Positions 23,829-34,040 of a DNA stretch of 64,000 nucleotides are shown piece by piece. The stretch's first letter is position 1, and each line of letters starts with the position of its first letter. Source of the stretch: an uncultured Phycisphaeraceae bacterium (GTDB lineage: Bacteria > Planctomycetota > Phycisphaerae > UBA1845); contig CAZBUJ010000017.1 in NCBI GenBank assembly GCA_964495075.1, positions 1,762 to 65,761 of the forward strand, read 5' to 3'. A program made the position numbers and the translations under genes. The notes beneath the pieces were generated by a model. That model was not told where the DNA came from. It made no database searches and saw nothing but the letters and a program-made list of their open reading frames with translations.

Positions 23829-26765
23829 TCATGGCCGGTCAAAGTGTACACGCCCCCCATCCGCGCGAAGCGTGGGTGACGGACGCGCGGGCGGTGAACA
23901 CCCCTGTCCCGAGTGCGGGTACGCCGCCGGCAACGGGCCCGCCGGCGTTTGCCCTCCCTCGACAACCTCGAGAACAACCTCCACCGGGTCACTCGCTCGC
24001 AACCCGTCGATCACGTAGAAGCAATACTCGTACTCACCGGCGCGATCCGGCGCCACGCCCTCGAGAATCGTCCCGTAGCTGTGGTCGGGGCGAAGGCCCG
24101 GCGATCGCGCACTCCATCGGTAGATCAGCGGCTGCCCCTCGGGGTCCGTGCTGCGTGATCCGTCCAAACGGAACGTCTTTCCTGCGACCACCGTCACATG
24201 CTCGTCGGTAACCGCCACGGGCCGCAGGTTCTGCCGGCGGATCGCTGCGGGGATCTCATGGCGGACCAGTGGCGTCTCCTGTCCCGACGGCTTGAGGCTT
24301 GTCCGTATGGGATACACGCCGCGCGTCGTCTCGCCGCGATAGAACGCCTCGTTGAAGTCGGTCAGGCACAGCCAGGCAAACTCGGTCTCCGCACCGCTGA
24401 CGATCTTCACCAGCAGTAGCCCCTCAACCCGCCAGACGTTCGGCGTAAAGGCCGTGTCGTATTGCGCATAATCCCGGTCGCGCATGGCACCACCGAACGG
24501 GTTCCAGACGGGAAACCTGCCTTCGACCTCGTCCGTCTCGGGATCGTCCCAGTCCTCATCCGTCTGATCGGGGATGCGAAACGCCCCCTCCGGGTCGGTA
24601 TGCCCCATGAACTTCGGCCGATCCGCGAAGTACTTGGCGACGGCATCCCCCGATCGGGTCTGTGCCGCGTGATAGACGTAAACCGCCGCGTTCGGCAGCG
24701 GCCGGTCCTCCGCGTCGAACACCTGGATGATGTGCTCGCGCTGCGGTATCAGCCGGCCCTGCACCCCCCAGAAGCGCTGCCCCCGCCGGCCGCGAAAGTG
24801 TTGAACTTCGCCGGCGTGCGCCGGGTGCAGCCACAGGTGCACCCCGTCCATCAGCGGCGAGTACCCCACCGCGCAGGGCACGTTCATCGCCGCCGGATAC
24901 GATAGGATATCGTCGCCCTGGACAACCGGGAGCAGGGGCGAGCCGGCGTAGTCCTCGCCCTGCGCGTCCTTCAAAAACACGTTGGCGGCGCGCACGGGAT
25001 AGCCGTACAGATCGGGCAGCGCCACGCAGGTGTGCCCATACTCGTGCAGAATGGCCGCATCGACCGCCATCGCGTTGACCGGCTCGCGCACGGGAAACCC
25101 CCCGTCAAACCACGGGTTGGCCTTCTCCCAGGGTTGCTCGTGCCATTCCGCTCCCTCGATGGACGCAAAGAATTTGTCGGAACGCAGCGCATCCTCGATA
25201 CCGTGCGGCGTAGTGGTCGGCCCGATGGTCTCGCGCAGCAATACGTTGAACCGATCGCACTGCGCGTTGATCCAGTCGAAGTGGCAAAACGAGCCGACAT
25301 GATTGATCCGCCGATCGTTGTACCAGGCCTCCAGCCGGCTTTCGTCGTAAGCCCACTTCATCGGCCGGGCGATGTTGAGTTCACAACGCTGGTTGTTGGC
25401 CTCGCAGATCTCCTCCACGCGATCGTCCGGATCGAGCGTCACCCGGACCCACACCGGATCTCGCGGCCACGGCCACGCGAAACGAACCTCGCCGGGCGCT
25501 CGCGGCGGCAGGGCCGCGTCGATCGTCGTCTCCTCGCGGAGGACCGCCTGCTCGTCGGCGTCCAGCCGGTAATTGCGGTTGTGATCCGGGATCAACTCGA
25601 AGCGCACGATCGCACCGGCCGGCGCGTCCTGGTAGCCGAAATTCGCGAAATGCGCGACCGACTCCACGCGGTCGCCCGGCTCCGGCATGTTCTTGATACG
25701 ATCCACCTCATAGCGGGGCAGACGCTCGACGTATTGCAGCACGAGGTCTGGCCGCTCGGGCGAGATAACCTCGACATCGTAGGCGTCACGCATGCCGCGG
25801 AACTCCGCCGTCAAGGTACAGCGGCCGACGGCGTGGCCCGTCGCCATCCCGTTTTCGTCAACGGTCGCAATCGCCTCACCCGACGTTCGCCAGGTGATCA
25901 TCGGCTTGGCGTCGAAGTCGGCCCACTGGCCATAGCGTACGGCGAAATCCGTGATGTATTCGAACTTCCCGCCGATCCGGGCCAGCAGTCCGAATTGCTT
26001 CTCATGCCCCGCGACGACTCGCCGATCGGACGGCACGCGCAGGGCTTCGGGCGTGATCTGGATGCCGGTGTACGGCGCGGTCCGGAAGAAGTCGCGATAC
26101 ACGATGGCCTTCTGACCTTCGCGCCCCTCCGCGTCGAGGCGCCGCCGAAAGATCAACTCGTCCATCACGGCGTCGGACGACGCGTGGCCGATCCATGCCC
26201 GACTGTCCGACATCGATGCGGGATCCAGGAACGTGTTCCCGCCCGCGACGGGCCCTGCCACCGCGATCCGATCGATCCACAGTGGCAGCCCCAACGGCTT
26301 ACCGTTCTTCGGAAACCACGCGATCGCCACGTGATGCCACTCGCCAGCCTTCCAATTGGAGACGTCGGCCCGCGACACGGTCACCTTTTCCGGCGATGCC
26401 ATCACGAACCGCAGCATCCCCGTCGCGGCCTTCTCGACCAACAGGCCGTCACGCTCCGGCTCGCCGATCCGCAATATGCGGTGCGTTGAGCGGTCGTCAC
26501 CATCCCAATTCGGCTGAATCCAGAACCCGATGTACCCGCTTTCTTGTTGCAAGAGCGGGTTCTCGATCGCAAGCTCCCGTTGAAGGTCGACGCCTTCCCC
26601 GGCCGTGCCAGGCTTGGCCGGCAATCCGTCCGCGGGCCGCGGCAGGGGCACGCCGTTTGCGATCTCTGCATTCGTGAACCACGTCCCGACGGCAATCGGC
26701 TCATCCGCCGCCTGGGCAGACCATGAGATCCCCAAGACCACGGCCAATGAGATCGCAAGCTTCAT
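23829..26765 (-). CDS. Secreted modular protein: LamG-like, Ig-like, CARDB-like, HExxH zinc metallopeptidase-like, PKD-like
   Basis: WKAGEWHHVAIAW..MDEL (LamG). IATVDENG..G.AVG (Big_2). VTLDPDDRVEEICEANN (CARDB). ILHEYGH..LPDLY. LDGSRSTDPEGQPLIYRW (PKD-like). Confidence 0.68.
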   Translation of the reverse strand: MKLAISLAVVLGISWSAQAADEPIAVGTWFTNAEIANGVPLPRPADGLPAKPGTAGEGVDLQRELAIENPLLQQESGYIGFWIQPNWDGDDRSTHRILRIGEPERDGLLVEKAATGMLRFVMASPEKVTVSRADVSNWKAGEWHHVAIAWFPKNGKPLGLPLWIDRIAVAGPVAGGNTFLDPASMSDSRAWIGHASSDAVMDELIFRRRLDAEGREGQKAIVYRDFFRTAPYTGIQITPEALRVPSDRRVVAGHEKQFGLLARIGGKFEYITDFAVRYGQWADFDAKPMITWRTSGEAIATVDENGMATGHAVGRCTLTAEFRGMRDAYDVEVISPERPDLVLQYVERLPRYEVDRIKNMPEPGDRVESVAHFANFGYQDAPAGAIVRFELIPDHNRNYRLDADEQAVLREETTIDAALPPRAPGEVRFAWPWPRDPVWVRVTLDPDDRVEEICEANNQRCELNIARPMKWAYDESRLEAWYNDRRINHVGSFCHFDWINAQCDRFNVLLRETIGPTTTPHGIEDALRSDKFFASIEGAEWHEQPWEKANPWFDGGFPVREPVNAMAVDAAILHEYGHTCVALPDLYGYPVRAANVFLKDAQGEDYAGSPLLPVVQGDDILSYPAAMNVPCAVGYSPLMDGVHLWLHPAHAGEVQHFRGRRGQRFWGVQGRLIPQREHIIQVFDAEDRPLPNAAVYVYHAAQTRSGDAVAKYFADRPKFMGHTDPEGAFRIPDQTDEDWDDPETDEVEGRFPVWNPFGGAMRDRDYAQYDTAFTPNVWRVEGLLLVKIVSGAETEFAWLCLTDFNEAFYRGETTRGVYPIRTSLKPSGQETPLVRHEIPAAIRRQNLRPVAVTDEHVTVVAGKTFRLDGSRSTDPEGQPLIYRWSARSPGLRPDHSYGTILEGVAPDRAGEYEYCFYVIDGLRASDPVEVVLEVVEGGQTPAGPLPAAYPHSGQGCSPPARPSPTLRADGGRVHFDRP

Positions 26766-26924
26766 CACGTTTCGTGCCTCGATGGCCCGTGCGCTGTTCC
26801 ACACCCCGCCTTATCGCCCACAAGTTCACTCGCGGAGGTCGGCTCGAGATCAGGGGACTCCGCTGCCGGCGGCCGCCATTCGCTGCGCACCGGCTGCTCC
26901 AGTAGATACCATCCGATCGACTCC

Positions 26925-28487
26925 TTACAGAAACGGGCTAATGTGCCGGCCAAAGTGATCTTGCAGGCGGCGATGATACTCGTCTTCGTGGCGCCCCAAC
27001 ACGGCGAGAAGCCGATCGCGGAATAACGGCTGTCCGTCGGAGGTTTTCGCGCTCAGCACGGAGCCGAACGTCACATGACACACCTGGCGCGCATCGAACT
27101 CATCCAGCACGGCGGCCAGGTCCTCGTCGCGCAGCACCTCAGGTGAGGCGACCCGTGCGGGATCCGCGTTCACCTGATAACTCTGCTTGTCCGTTGCGTA
27201 CGACTGCCTGCTCAACGTGAGGATCTCACGGAATAGATCCGGTGCCACCCCGGCGACAACCCGGAGGGCTTCAAGGTAGCTCGTGCCGGCCGTCTTGACG
27301 TGAACCCCGTCCCCCGCCAGCTCCGCCACGATTGGATAGATCTTGAACTTGTCGCTGCCGGAATGCAGGCTGATCTTGTACCCACCAAAATGGCGGGTCA
27401 GCAGCACATGCCGCGCGAACTCCGCGCGAAAACGGGCAACGTCCCCGACATAGTCGACGCCCTTGTAGAACTCTCCCACCAGGCGTGGTGCGAAGCTGTC
27501 CAGTTCTACGCCCAGGCGCTTGAGTTCGGACGCGACAAAGAAGTGCTCCGCGATCGACGTGGGCGCCGCGGTTTCGTCGATCGACAGCTCGAAAGCAAAT
27601 GACGCGCGGGCACGCCGACTCAGGAGACACTGGTACATCCTTGCCGTCTGCACGAGGGCACGGCCGTATTTGACCGCGGCCCGCAGCATCGCGTCGGCCG
27701 TGATCTCCAGCCGCAACGTCTCGCGCTCTCCGGCCAGCAAAAACGCTCGATCGGCGTAGGCGCGCCGGCAGTCGTCGGGCGATGATGCAAGCATATCCCA
27801 GGGCAGAATGGCGTACCGGTCCGCCAGTACATCCCGCGTCGCGCCGTCGGCGGTGTCATCCACCCAGGGGCGGGGGTCAACCGTGTACATCGTGAATCCG
27901 GCCGCCTCGGTTCGAGCGACGTGCTCGGGGCTTCGCAGATGATCCGCGTCCGCGGCATAGCCCTCCCGGTAGCCCATTTGGAGAACGCCCCACATCGCGT
28001 CGTCCACCACCTCGTGCGGCGCTCGCCCAGACCGTGACATCTCGCGGATGGACTGCTGTGCCAGAACGGGAAAAACGTCATGCCCCCGGATCGCCGCCAC
28101 GTGCCCGGGCGTGGCCAGGCCGAGGCGATCGCCCATGCCGATCGACGGCCCCCGCCGGGGAACCACCGGCTTCAGGGCGGGGATGCGGGAACGCAACAGT
28201 CGGGCATTGTGCGGTGAGAGTGGGCACCGCTTCGCCCATACGCTCGCCGCGGTGACCCGCTCCGCCGGCGCCGCCCCGTCGTACGCCGCCAGATGTGCCT
28301 TGTCCTCCGACATCACCAGCAGATGCTTCGCGGAACCTTGACGCACCAGCGCGTGCGCCACCCGTGCCCAGACCGTCAAGGAGGCGGGGTACGCGCGAAC
28401 GCCCAGCGCCGCACAGATCGGCTCAAGCTGTGCTTGCCGCAGCGCCTGCATCACCCGGTCTTCGGTGATGTTGGCCAGAGACCCCAT
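26925..28487 (-). CDS. uxaE: Tagaturonate/fructuronate epimerase
   Basis: GMGDRLGLATPGH, AQQSIREM, ADADH, ELSIDET, LHSGSDKF, HVKTAGTSYLEALR, HVTFGSVL. Confidence 0.9.
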   Translation of the reverse strand: MGSLANITEDRVMQALRQAQLEPICAALGVRAYPASLTVWARVAHALVRQGSAKHLLVMSEDKAHLAAYDGAAPAERVTAASVWAKRCPLSPHNARLLRSRIPALKPVVPRRGPSIGMGDRLGLATPGHVAAIRGHDVFPVLAQQSIREMSRSGRAPHEVVDDAMWGVLQMGYREGYAADADHLRSPEHVARTEAAGFTMYTVDPRPWVDDTADGATRDVLADRYAILPWDMLASSPDDCRRAYADRAFLLAGERETLRLEITADAMLRAAVKYGRALVQTARMYQCLLSRRARASFAFELSIDETAAPTSIAEHFFVASELKRLGVELDSFAPRLVGEFYKGVDYVGDVARFRAEFARHVLLTRHFGGYKISLHSGSDKFKIYPIVAELAGDGVHVKTAGTSYLEALRVVAGVAPDLFREILTLSRQSYATDKQSYQVNADPARVASPEVLRDEDLAAVLDEFDARQVCHVTFGSVLSAKTSDGQPLFRDRLLAVLGRHEDEYHRRLQDHFGRHISPFL

Positions 28488-28876
28488 AAAACAACTCGAC
28501 CTCCGAGTGAATATTAACGGCAACCGCCTATTAGGATCAAGACCGTTGTCGTATTCACCACAACTGGCCTAAACTAGGCAACTTAACGCGGCGTCGCCGT
28601 TCCCGGCCTTGACCGTGGCTATAGATCGATAACCGAGCTAACAATTGGCGAGACGCCCCACCAGCGTCCGACCGCGGGCACCGCCGCCCCGTCGAGCGGG
28701 CCGATCGAGGAGGCGGCCGGGCCACCCCAACCGAAAAGGAGTTCCGCTCGCGGGTCAACCCGTGCCTCGAGCACCCGCCGGCGCTCTCCGCCACGCCGCC
28801 GCCACCGGGCACCGCTCCGGCCGAACGGGCTCGTGGGACGCCCGACCCCTCGTGCCTCGACCGCGGGGACGACCGC

Positions 28877-30106
28877 TCATATGCGTTCCATCGCGTCACG
28901 CAGCACGGCCGTGGCGATGCCACGGATCAATGCTTCCTCGCCGGCCTGCGCCGCCACCACCTTGATGTCCCGCGAGTAATGGTCGAAGACGTCACTGGCG
29001 AAACGCCTTTCGGCGGCTCCGATCAGATACTCGGGGCTTTGTGCGATGACATAACCGGCCAGAATGAGCATGTCCGGATCGTAGCAGTTGATCGCGATCG
29101 CCGTTGCGCGACTCACGAAGTCTGCCAGGAGTTCGCGAATCTCCAGCGCGTACCGATCGCCTTCGGCCATCGCCCGCCCCAAGTGACTGACGACCTCCTT
29201 CGGGGTATCGTCAGGCTTGACCCATGTTCGGAGGATCGAGTCCGTGCCCTGCTCGATGTCATCCCGGATTCTCGCGGCCAGCGCCGGGCCGGAAGCGAAC
29301 GTCTCCAGGCACCCGCGGTGGCCACAGCCGCATGGCGGGCCGTTGGGGTCGAAGATGATGTGCCCGATCTCCCCGGCGCGATTGGTGGCACCCAAGGCCA
29401 ACCGACCGTTCTCCACAATGCTCGCCCCGACGCCATCGGCGAAATTCAGAAGAACGATGTTTCGGGCGACGCCCGTCGGCAGCAGACTGATCTCGGCGAA
29501 CATCCGAACCCGCGTGGTGTACACTTTCACGCGCACTCGGAACCGCTCCTGGAGCATCTCCCTCAACGGCACGCTGTGCCAACCCATAGGACTGGAAAGC
29601 TGAACGATGCCATCCGGCGAAATCGCTCCGCTCACCGTCGCGCCGATTCCCAGCACGCTCTCCTCGGCCACCGCATGCTTGCTCAACAGGCCTCGAACAC
29701 CGATCTCCACCAGATCGACGACACGATCCGGCGAATGATCGTCATCCACCGGGGCACGCAGGCCCTCGATGAGTGAGCAGTCAAAATCGAACAACCCGAT
29801 AAAGATGGCGCTGGGACCGATTTCCACTCCGACCGCAAGCTGCGCCCGCGGGCGCAGACTGACGATGATGGGCTTGGCTCCTCGTCTCGTACTCTCGCCC
29901 CGCTCTTCCGTGATCAGCTTCTTTTCCCGCAGACGCCCGACGATGTAGCTCGCCGTTGAACTGCTCAAACCCGCGAGTTGGCACAGCTGGGCTTGCGAAA
30001 GACCGCCGTGCTGCCGCAGCAGCGATATGACAAGCCGCTCGTTACGCAATCCGGCGTTCTTGGAATCGATCGGAGCCGGGTGTGGACTGGGTCGATGGCC
30101 GCGCAT
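28877..30106 (-). CDS. ROK-family transcriptional regulator (XylR/NagC-like)
   Basis: N-terminal wHTH (LSQAQLCQLAGLSSSTASYIV); GEIGHI..GPPCGCGHRGCLE. Confidence 0.9.
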   Translation of the reverse strand: MRGHRPSPHPAPIDSKNAGLRNERLVISLLRQHGGLSQAQLCQLAGLSSSTASYIVGRLREKKLITEERGESTRRGAKPIIVSLRPRAQLAVGVEIGPSAIFIGLFDFDCSLIEGLRAPVDDDHSPDRVVDLVEIGVRGLLSKHAVAEESVLGIGATVSGAISPDGIVQLSSPMGWHSVPLREMLQERFRVRVKVYTTRVRMFAEISLLPTGVARNIVLLNFADGVGASIVENGRLALGATNRAGEIGHIIFDPNGPPCGCGHRGCLETFASGPALAARIRDDIEQGTDSILRTWVKPDDTPKEVVSHLGRAMAEGDRYALEIRELLADFVSRATAIAINCYDPDMLILAGYVIAQSPEYLIGAAERRFASDVFDHYSRDIKVVAAQAGEEALIRGIATAVLRDAMERI

Positions 30107-30359
30107 GCTTCGTTCGCTTCACTCCTCAATCGGCCGCCGCCGACACTAGCCGAGGGTGGACCGACCCCATCGGCTACGTTTGGTCATCGTCCGCCAGGGT
30201 TTGTTGACATCTCAGATGCGAGAGCCGTCCCGCATGGGCGGTTCCGACGGCGACCCCGCCATGAGCCCCCCGCGGTGCTCGGGCCAAGCCGTATATTTCG
30301 CTCAGCCGACGATTTTGGCCGGCAGTTGGCATCAATAGCTCAGCCTGCACCTTAACATA

Positions 30360-30380
30360 TAGTAAATGGTGCACTTACTA
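30360..30380. promoter_or_regulatory. AT-rich inverted repeat, candidate operator upstream of the ROK gene
   Basis: TAGTAA-N9-TTACTA within an AT-rich patch. Confidence 0.3.
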
Positions 30381-31377
30381 AACTCAATTGCGGAACATTG
30401 AACGCCCTCAGTTTTGCCGCCGCGATTCACTCAGGCTGCGAGATGTCTTGGCCGGGAGGCGGAACGTCCGGTCGCCACGGTCTGCGCCCTCGCCTTGGCG
30501 AGCGCCGGCCGACATGCCGAGGCGCGAGACGGATGCGATCCGACGCACCCCGAGGCTTCGTCGGCCTCGCCAGCCGCGTTCAACCCGCGCCGCCCGGCGG
30601 GCCGGTTATCGGCCCGCGTGGCACGCGCAAGCGATCCCGACAACCACAATGACCGTTCCCGCGCCACCCGGTGTGGCGGCACGGGCCAAACAACCCCGGC
30701 GGGTCCGGTCGTCCGAAAAGAACCGAGCCTCGAATGTATTCGACGGCAACCGTGCCCGAATCTCCCCCGATTGGACGTCGGGTGAGCCGGCCGTATCGGC
30801 CCCTGATGAATCTCTCATAACCAGCTCTAAACTATAGCTTTACGACGTAGTGCAATCGCTTCGCATACCCGTCCTACGATAGTAACTATCTATAACACAG
30901 CACCTTATGGTACATGCCGCCTGCGGGACGGCCGCAGCCGGGCGCTGTGATCAGCCGGCGTACAGGGTTTCCATTATAAAGTACTTTCTCACAGTTGGTT
31001 ATATCGGTTCCCGCTCCCCGCTCGGCCCCGTGCAGAGGCGGTCACCGAAGACCGGTTAGCATGCCGCAATACGGCGCTACAGCCACCTTTGAGACCGTCA
31101 CGGAGGCCGCCAAATTAAATGGCCAAGTACCGAGTAATTACTTGCGTTCCGAGGCCGGGGTGCGTTATGATGCGCCTACACGACGCAGCGTCGTGCGGTG
31201 GACTCTCGGTGCCCCGCCCTCGCGTGTGCGGGGTAAGACAAATGGCAATGTGGTTCGGCGGGCGATTCGGTCGCGTGGTGTCCCGTCGAACGCAGTTCCC
31301 GCCAACGCCTGCGACACGAGCGGTCGGCGGGAGACGGGCCAAGTGGCAAGGGAAATGGCTCAGGAAGGAGGATAGGA

Positions 31378-31974
31378 ATGCGTTGGCTATTGGTTTTCCC
31401 ACTGTTGGTGGTGAGTGCGGCGTATGCCGACAGCATCTATGAGAACCCGATGGACGGAGGGGCAAGCGGCTGGGGTTGCGACATCAGCGTGGTGAGCGAG
31501 GGCATTCGCACCTTTACCCGCGCGCACAACTTCAACGATGCGGCCGGAGGCTACTGGTACTGCAACACCTACACCGGCCCGGTGGACGTCAGCGAAGCCC
31601 CAGAGTTTGAGGTGGACGTTCGCTGGCACCAGGAGGGGACGCACGCCTACGAAAACGCGTACGTCGCACTCCGACTGGGAACGTACGACGTCGATTTGTA
31701 TGGCGAGTACTTCCGCGACCCGATTTTTCTCGTCGGCACTCTTCCGCCGGGCAGTGTCGGCGATACATGGTACCGCGTCAGTTTCGACCTGAGCGATGCG
31801 GACCTTCACATGGACCGTTCGGCGTTCGACGGCTTTGAGTTCTACGGGCTTTTCGCCGACGATGCCCCGTTTGCCGACTACGTCGACTTCGACAATGTGG
31901 TCTTCACGCCGGAGCCGGCTGCACTGTGCCTGCTGGGTCTTGGCGTCGTGATGGTCGTCCGCCGTCGTCGGTAG
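31378..31974 (+). CDS. PEP-CTERM sorting domain protein
   Basis: AAGGAGG RBS, signal peptide, C-terminal TPEPAALCLLGLGVVMVVRRRR. Confidence 0.88.
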   Translation: MRWLLVFPLLVVSAAYADSIYENPMDGGASGWGCDISVVSEGIRTFTRAHNFNDAAGGYWYCNTYTGPVDVSEAPEFEVDVRWHQEGTHAYENAYVALRLGTYDVDLYGEYFRDPIFLVGTLPPGSVGDTWYRVSFDLSDADLHMDRSAFDGFEFYGLFADDAPFADYVDFDNVVFTPEPAALCLLGLGVVMVVRRRR

Positions 31975-32326
31975 GGTTCGCATCGCCAGGCTGCCCGCCG
32001 AGGAGTTGTTACGCCCGGCAAGGGCGCGCGCGCATGGTCCAGCCTGCGGCGCCGGCGAAAGTACGGCGATGGCCGTGTCTGGCAGCGCAGGCGTCGGGTT
32101 GAGCATGCTCGTGTCACGTGATCGTGTCGGACGCCGCCGAACGTGTACCGCGTCCAGCGGGAACGCAGTTTCCATGCGGGATGGGCCTGCGCTAATCCCG
32201 GCGTTGTCGATGACGGCGACGCCGGCGAGGCGTGGATGGTCCATGAGTGAGTGCCTCGCTTAGTAACCACGGTGTGCCCGCCGGGCCCATCGAAACAGGC
32301 AATGGATGCCAGAGGGGCGAATCACG

Positions 32327-33871
32327 ATGAGTCATCCTGAATACACATACCTGAGGCGTGGTTTCACGAGGTTGCACGCGGCACACCGTCTCGTGCTCAG
32401 ATTCTGCGTGATGGCGCTGGTCACGGGCGTGTGTGCAGAGGCGCAGGCCGATCGGCCTCCCGCCGTGGACCACAGCACGGAGCCGTATTTCCCGCCGATC
32501 GGCGGTCCCCAGGGGGCCGGCGACTGCACATCGTGGGCGGCGGCTTATTATTACAACACCTACATTCAGGCCCGCGACAAGGGGCTGGACGCATCGACCG
32601 GCGACCCTGACGTCATCTGCAGCCCGCGGTTCCTGTTTGCCCTCATCGCCCAGGCGTGGTGGGGCGCAGAATGCACAGAGCACGCGATGCGGCGTCTTGC
32701 CGACATCGGATGCTCGAGCTTGACGTTGCACCCCTACGGCGAGCCTTGGGATTGGGACGATATGACTCGATGGCCCACCGAGGCTGCATGGGTTCAGGCC
32801 CTCGAGAACAGGACACTTGCGTTCCACGAGATCCGGGCCGACACCGAGGAGGGGCTCGAAGCCATAAGGCAGCACATCGCTGACGGCGGCCTGGTGGTGA
32901 CGCGGGCCGATTTTCTCTCCAACTACGGAGCGTACGGGGCCAGCGCCAGCGGGGTCGGCATCAACAACCGCGTGATGTACCGGCGAGAAGGCTACCACTA
33001 TCTCCGGCATTCCGTATGCATCGTCGCGTACGACGACAACAGGCCCTATGTCGACGATCGCGACGGGGAGACGCACTACGGGGCATTCCTGATCGCCAAC
33101 AGCGAGGGCCCCGACTGGGGTTGGTACAACAGCACGGAAACGGGCTCCAAGGGCTTTATCTGGATCGCCTACACGATGTTCCTCGAACGCGAGTTCGGAT
33201 GGTATGACTATGACTTGGCGACCAGCCCTTGCTTCGACGCTCCCCCTTACCCGGAGGTGTACTTCCACGATGACCGGCCGGACTACCGGCCCAGGCTGTA
33301 CGCGGTCGCGGGAATCAACCACCGCGCGCGGAACCTGCTGACTTTCTCCGGCGGCATCGGGCCAACCGATGCCCCGGAGTTCACGGGACCCGATGCGATC
33401 GAGTACACGGCCGAGGGCTCGCTGCCAATCGATGACAGCCGACGCCCCGCCGTTGACCTGACGGATGGCGTCGACCTCATTCCGCCCGGCACGACGAAGA
33501 ACGTATTCGTCTCATTGGCCGTCGATGCTTCGGCCACGCAGGCGGCCACCATTACGAGTGCCGACTTTCACTGCGATTTCGACGGCGACGGCATGTATAC
33601 GAATGTGTCGGCGGCCATTAGTTCGCCTGTGCTGGTCTGGCCCGGCACGACGGGGTATGTAAGCGTCGCCGTGACCCATCCCGTGCTGGGCGACCTGGAT
33701 GCCGATGGTGACGTGGACCTGAGCGACTACACCGTCTTCGCGAACTGCATCACCGGCCCCGACCTGAGCTTGGCGCCGGGGTGCGGACCGGCTGACTTGG
33801 GCGGCGACGGCGACGTGGACGTCGTTGACTTCGGACTGTTGCAACAGCAGTTTACCGCCACACGGCCCTAG
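32327..33871 (+). CDS. Papain-like (C1) cysteine peptidase with a C-terminal dockerin-like domain
   Basis: QGAGDCTSWA (Cys), HSVCIVAYDD (His), IANSEG (Asn). Tail GDLDADGDVDLSD..ADLGGDGDVDVVDF. Confidence 0.8.
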   Translation: MSHPEYTYLRRGFTRLHAAHRLVLRFCVMALVTGVCAEAQADRPPAVDHSTEPYFPPIGGPQGAGDCTSWAAAYYYNTYIQARDKGLDASTGDPDVICSPRFLFALIAQAWWGAECTEHAMRRLADIGCSSLTLHPYGEPWDWDDMTRWPTEAAWVQALENRTLAFHEIRADTEEGLEAIRQHIADGGLVVTRADFLSNYGAYGASASGVGINNRVMYRREGYHYLRHSVCIVAYDDNRPYVDDRDGETHYGAFLIANSEGPDWGWYNSTETGSKGFIWIAYTMFLEREFGWYDYDLATSPCFDAPPYPEVYFHDDRPDYRPRLYAVAGINHRARNLLTFSGGIGPTDAPEFTGPDAIEYTAEGSLPIDDSRRPAVDLTDGVDLIPPGTTKNVFVSLAVDASATQAATITSADFHCDFDGDGMYTNVSAAISSPVLVWPGTTGYVSVAVTHPVLGDLDADGDVDLSDYTVFANCITGPDLSLAPGCGPADLGGDGDVDVVDFGLLQQQFTATRP

Positions 33872-34040
33872 CAGGCGACAGCGCCCCGCCCGCTGAGCGG
33901 GTGACACTTCCGGCCGACGACGGGAGAAGGGGAGCCCTACGCCATCCAGTAATTCCGCCCCGCCCGGGAACGGGCCGCCGACAAGTTGACGCCTTGGCGG
34001 GCATGAATCGTTTCCCACCCATAAGGAGAGGAGCTCTTCG

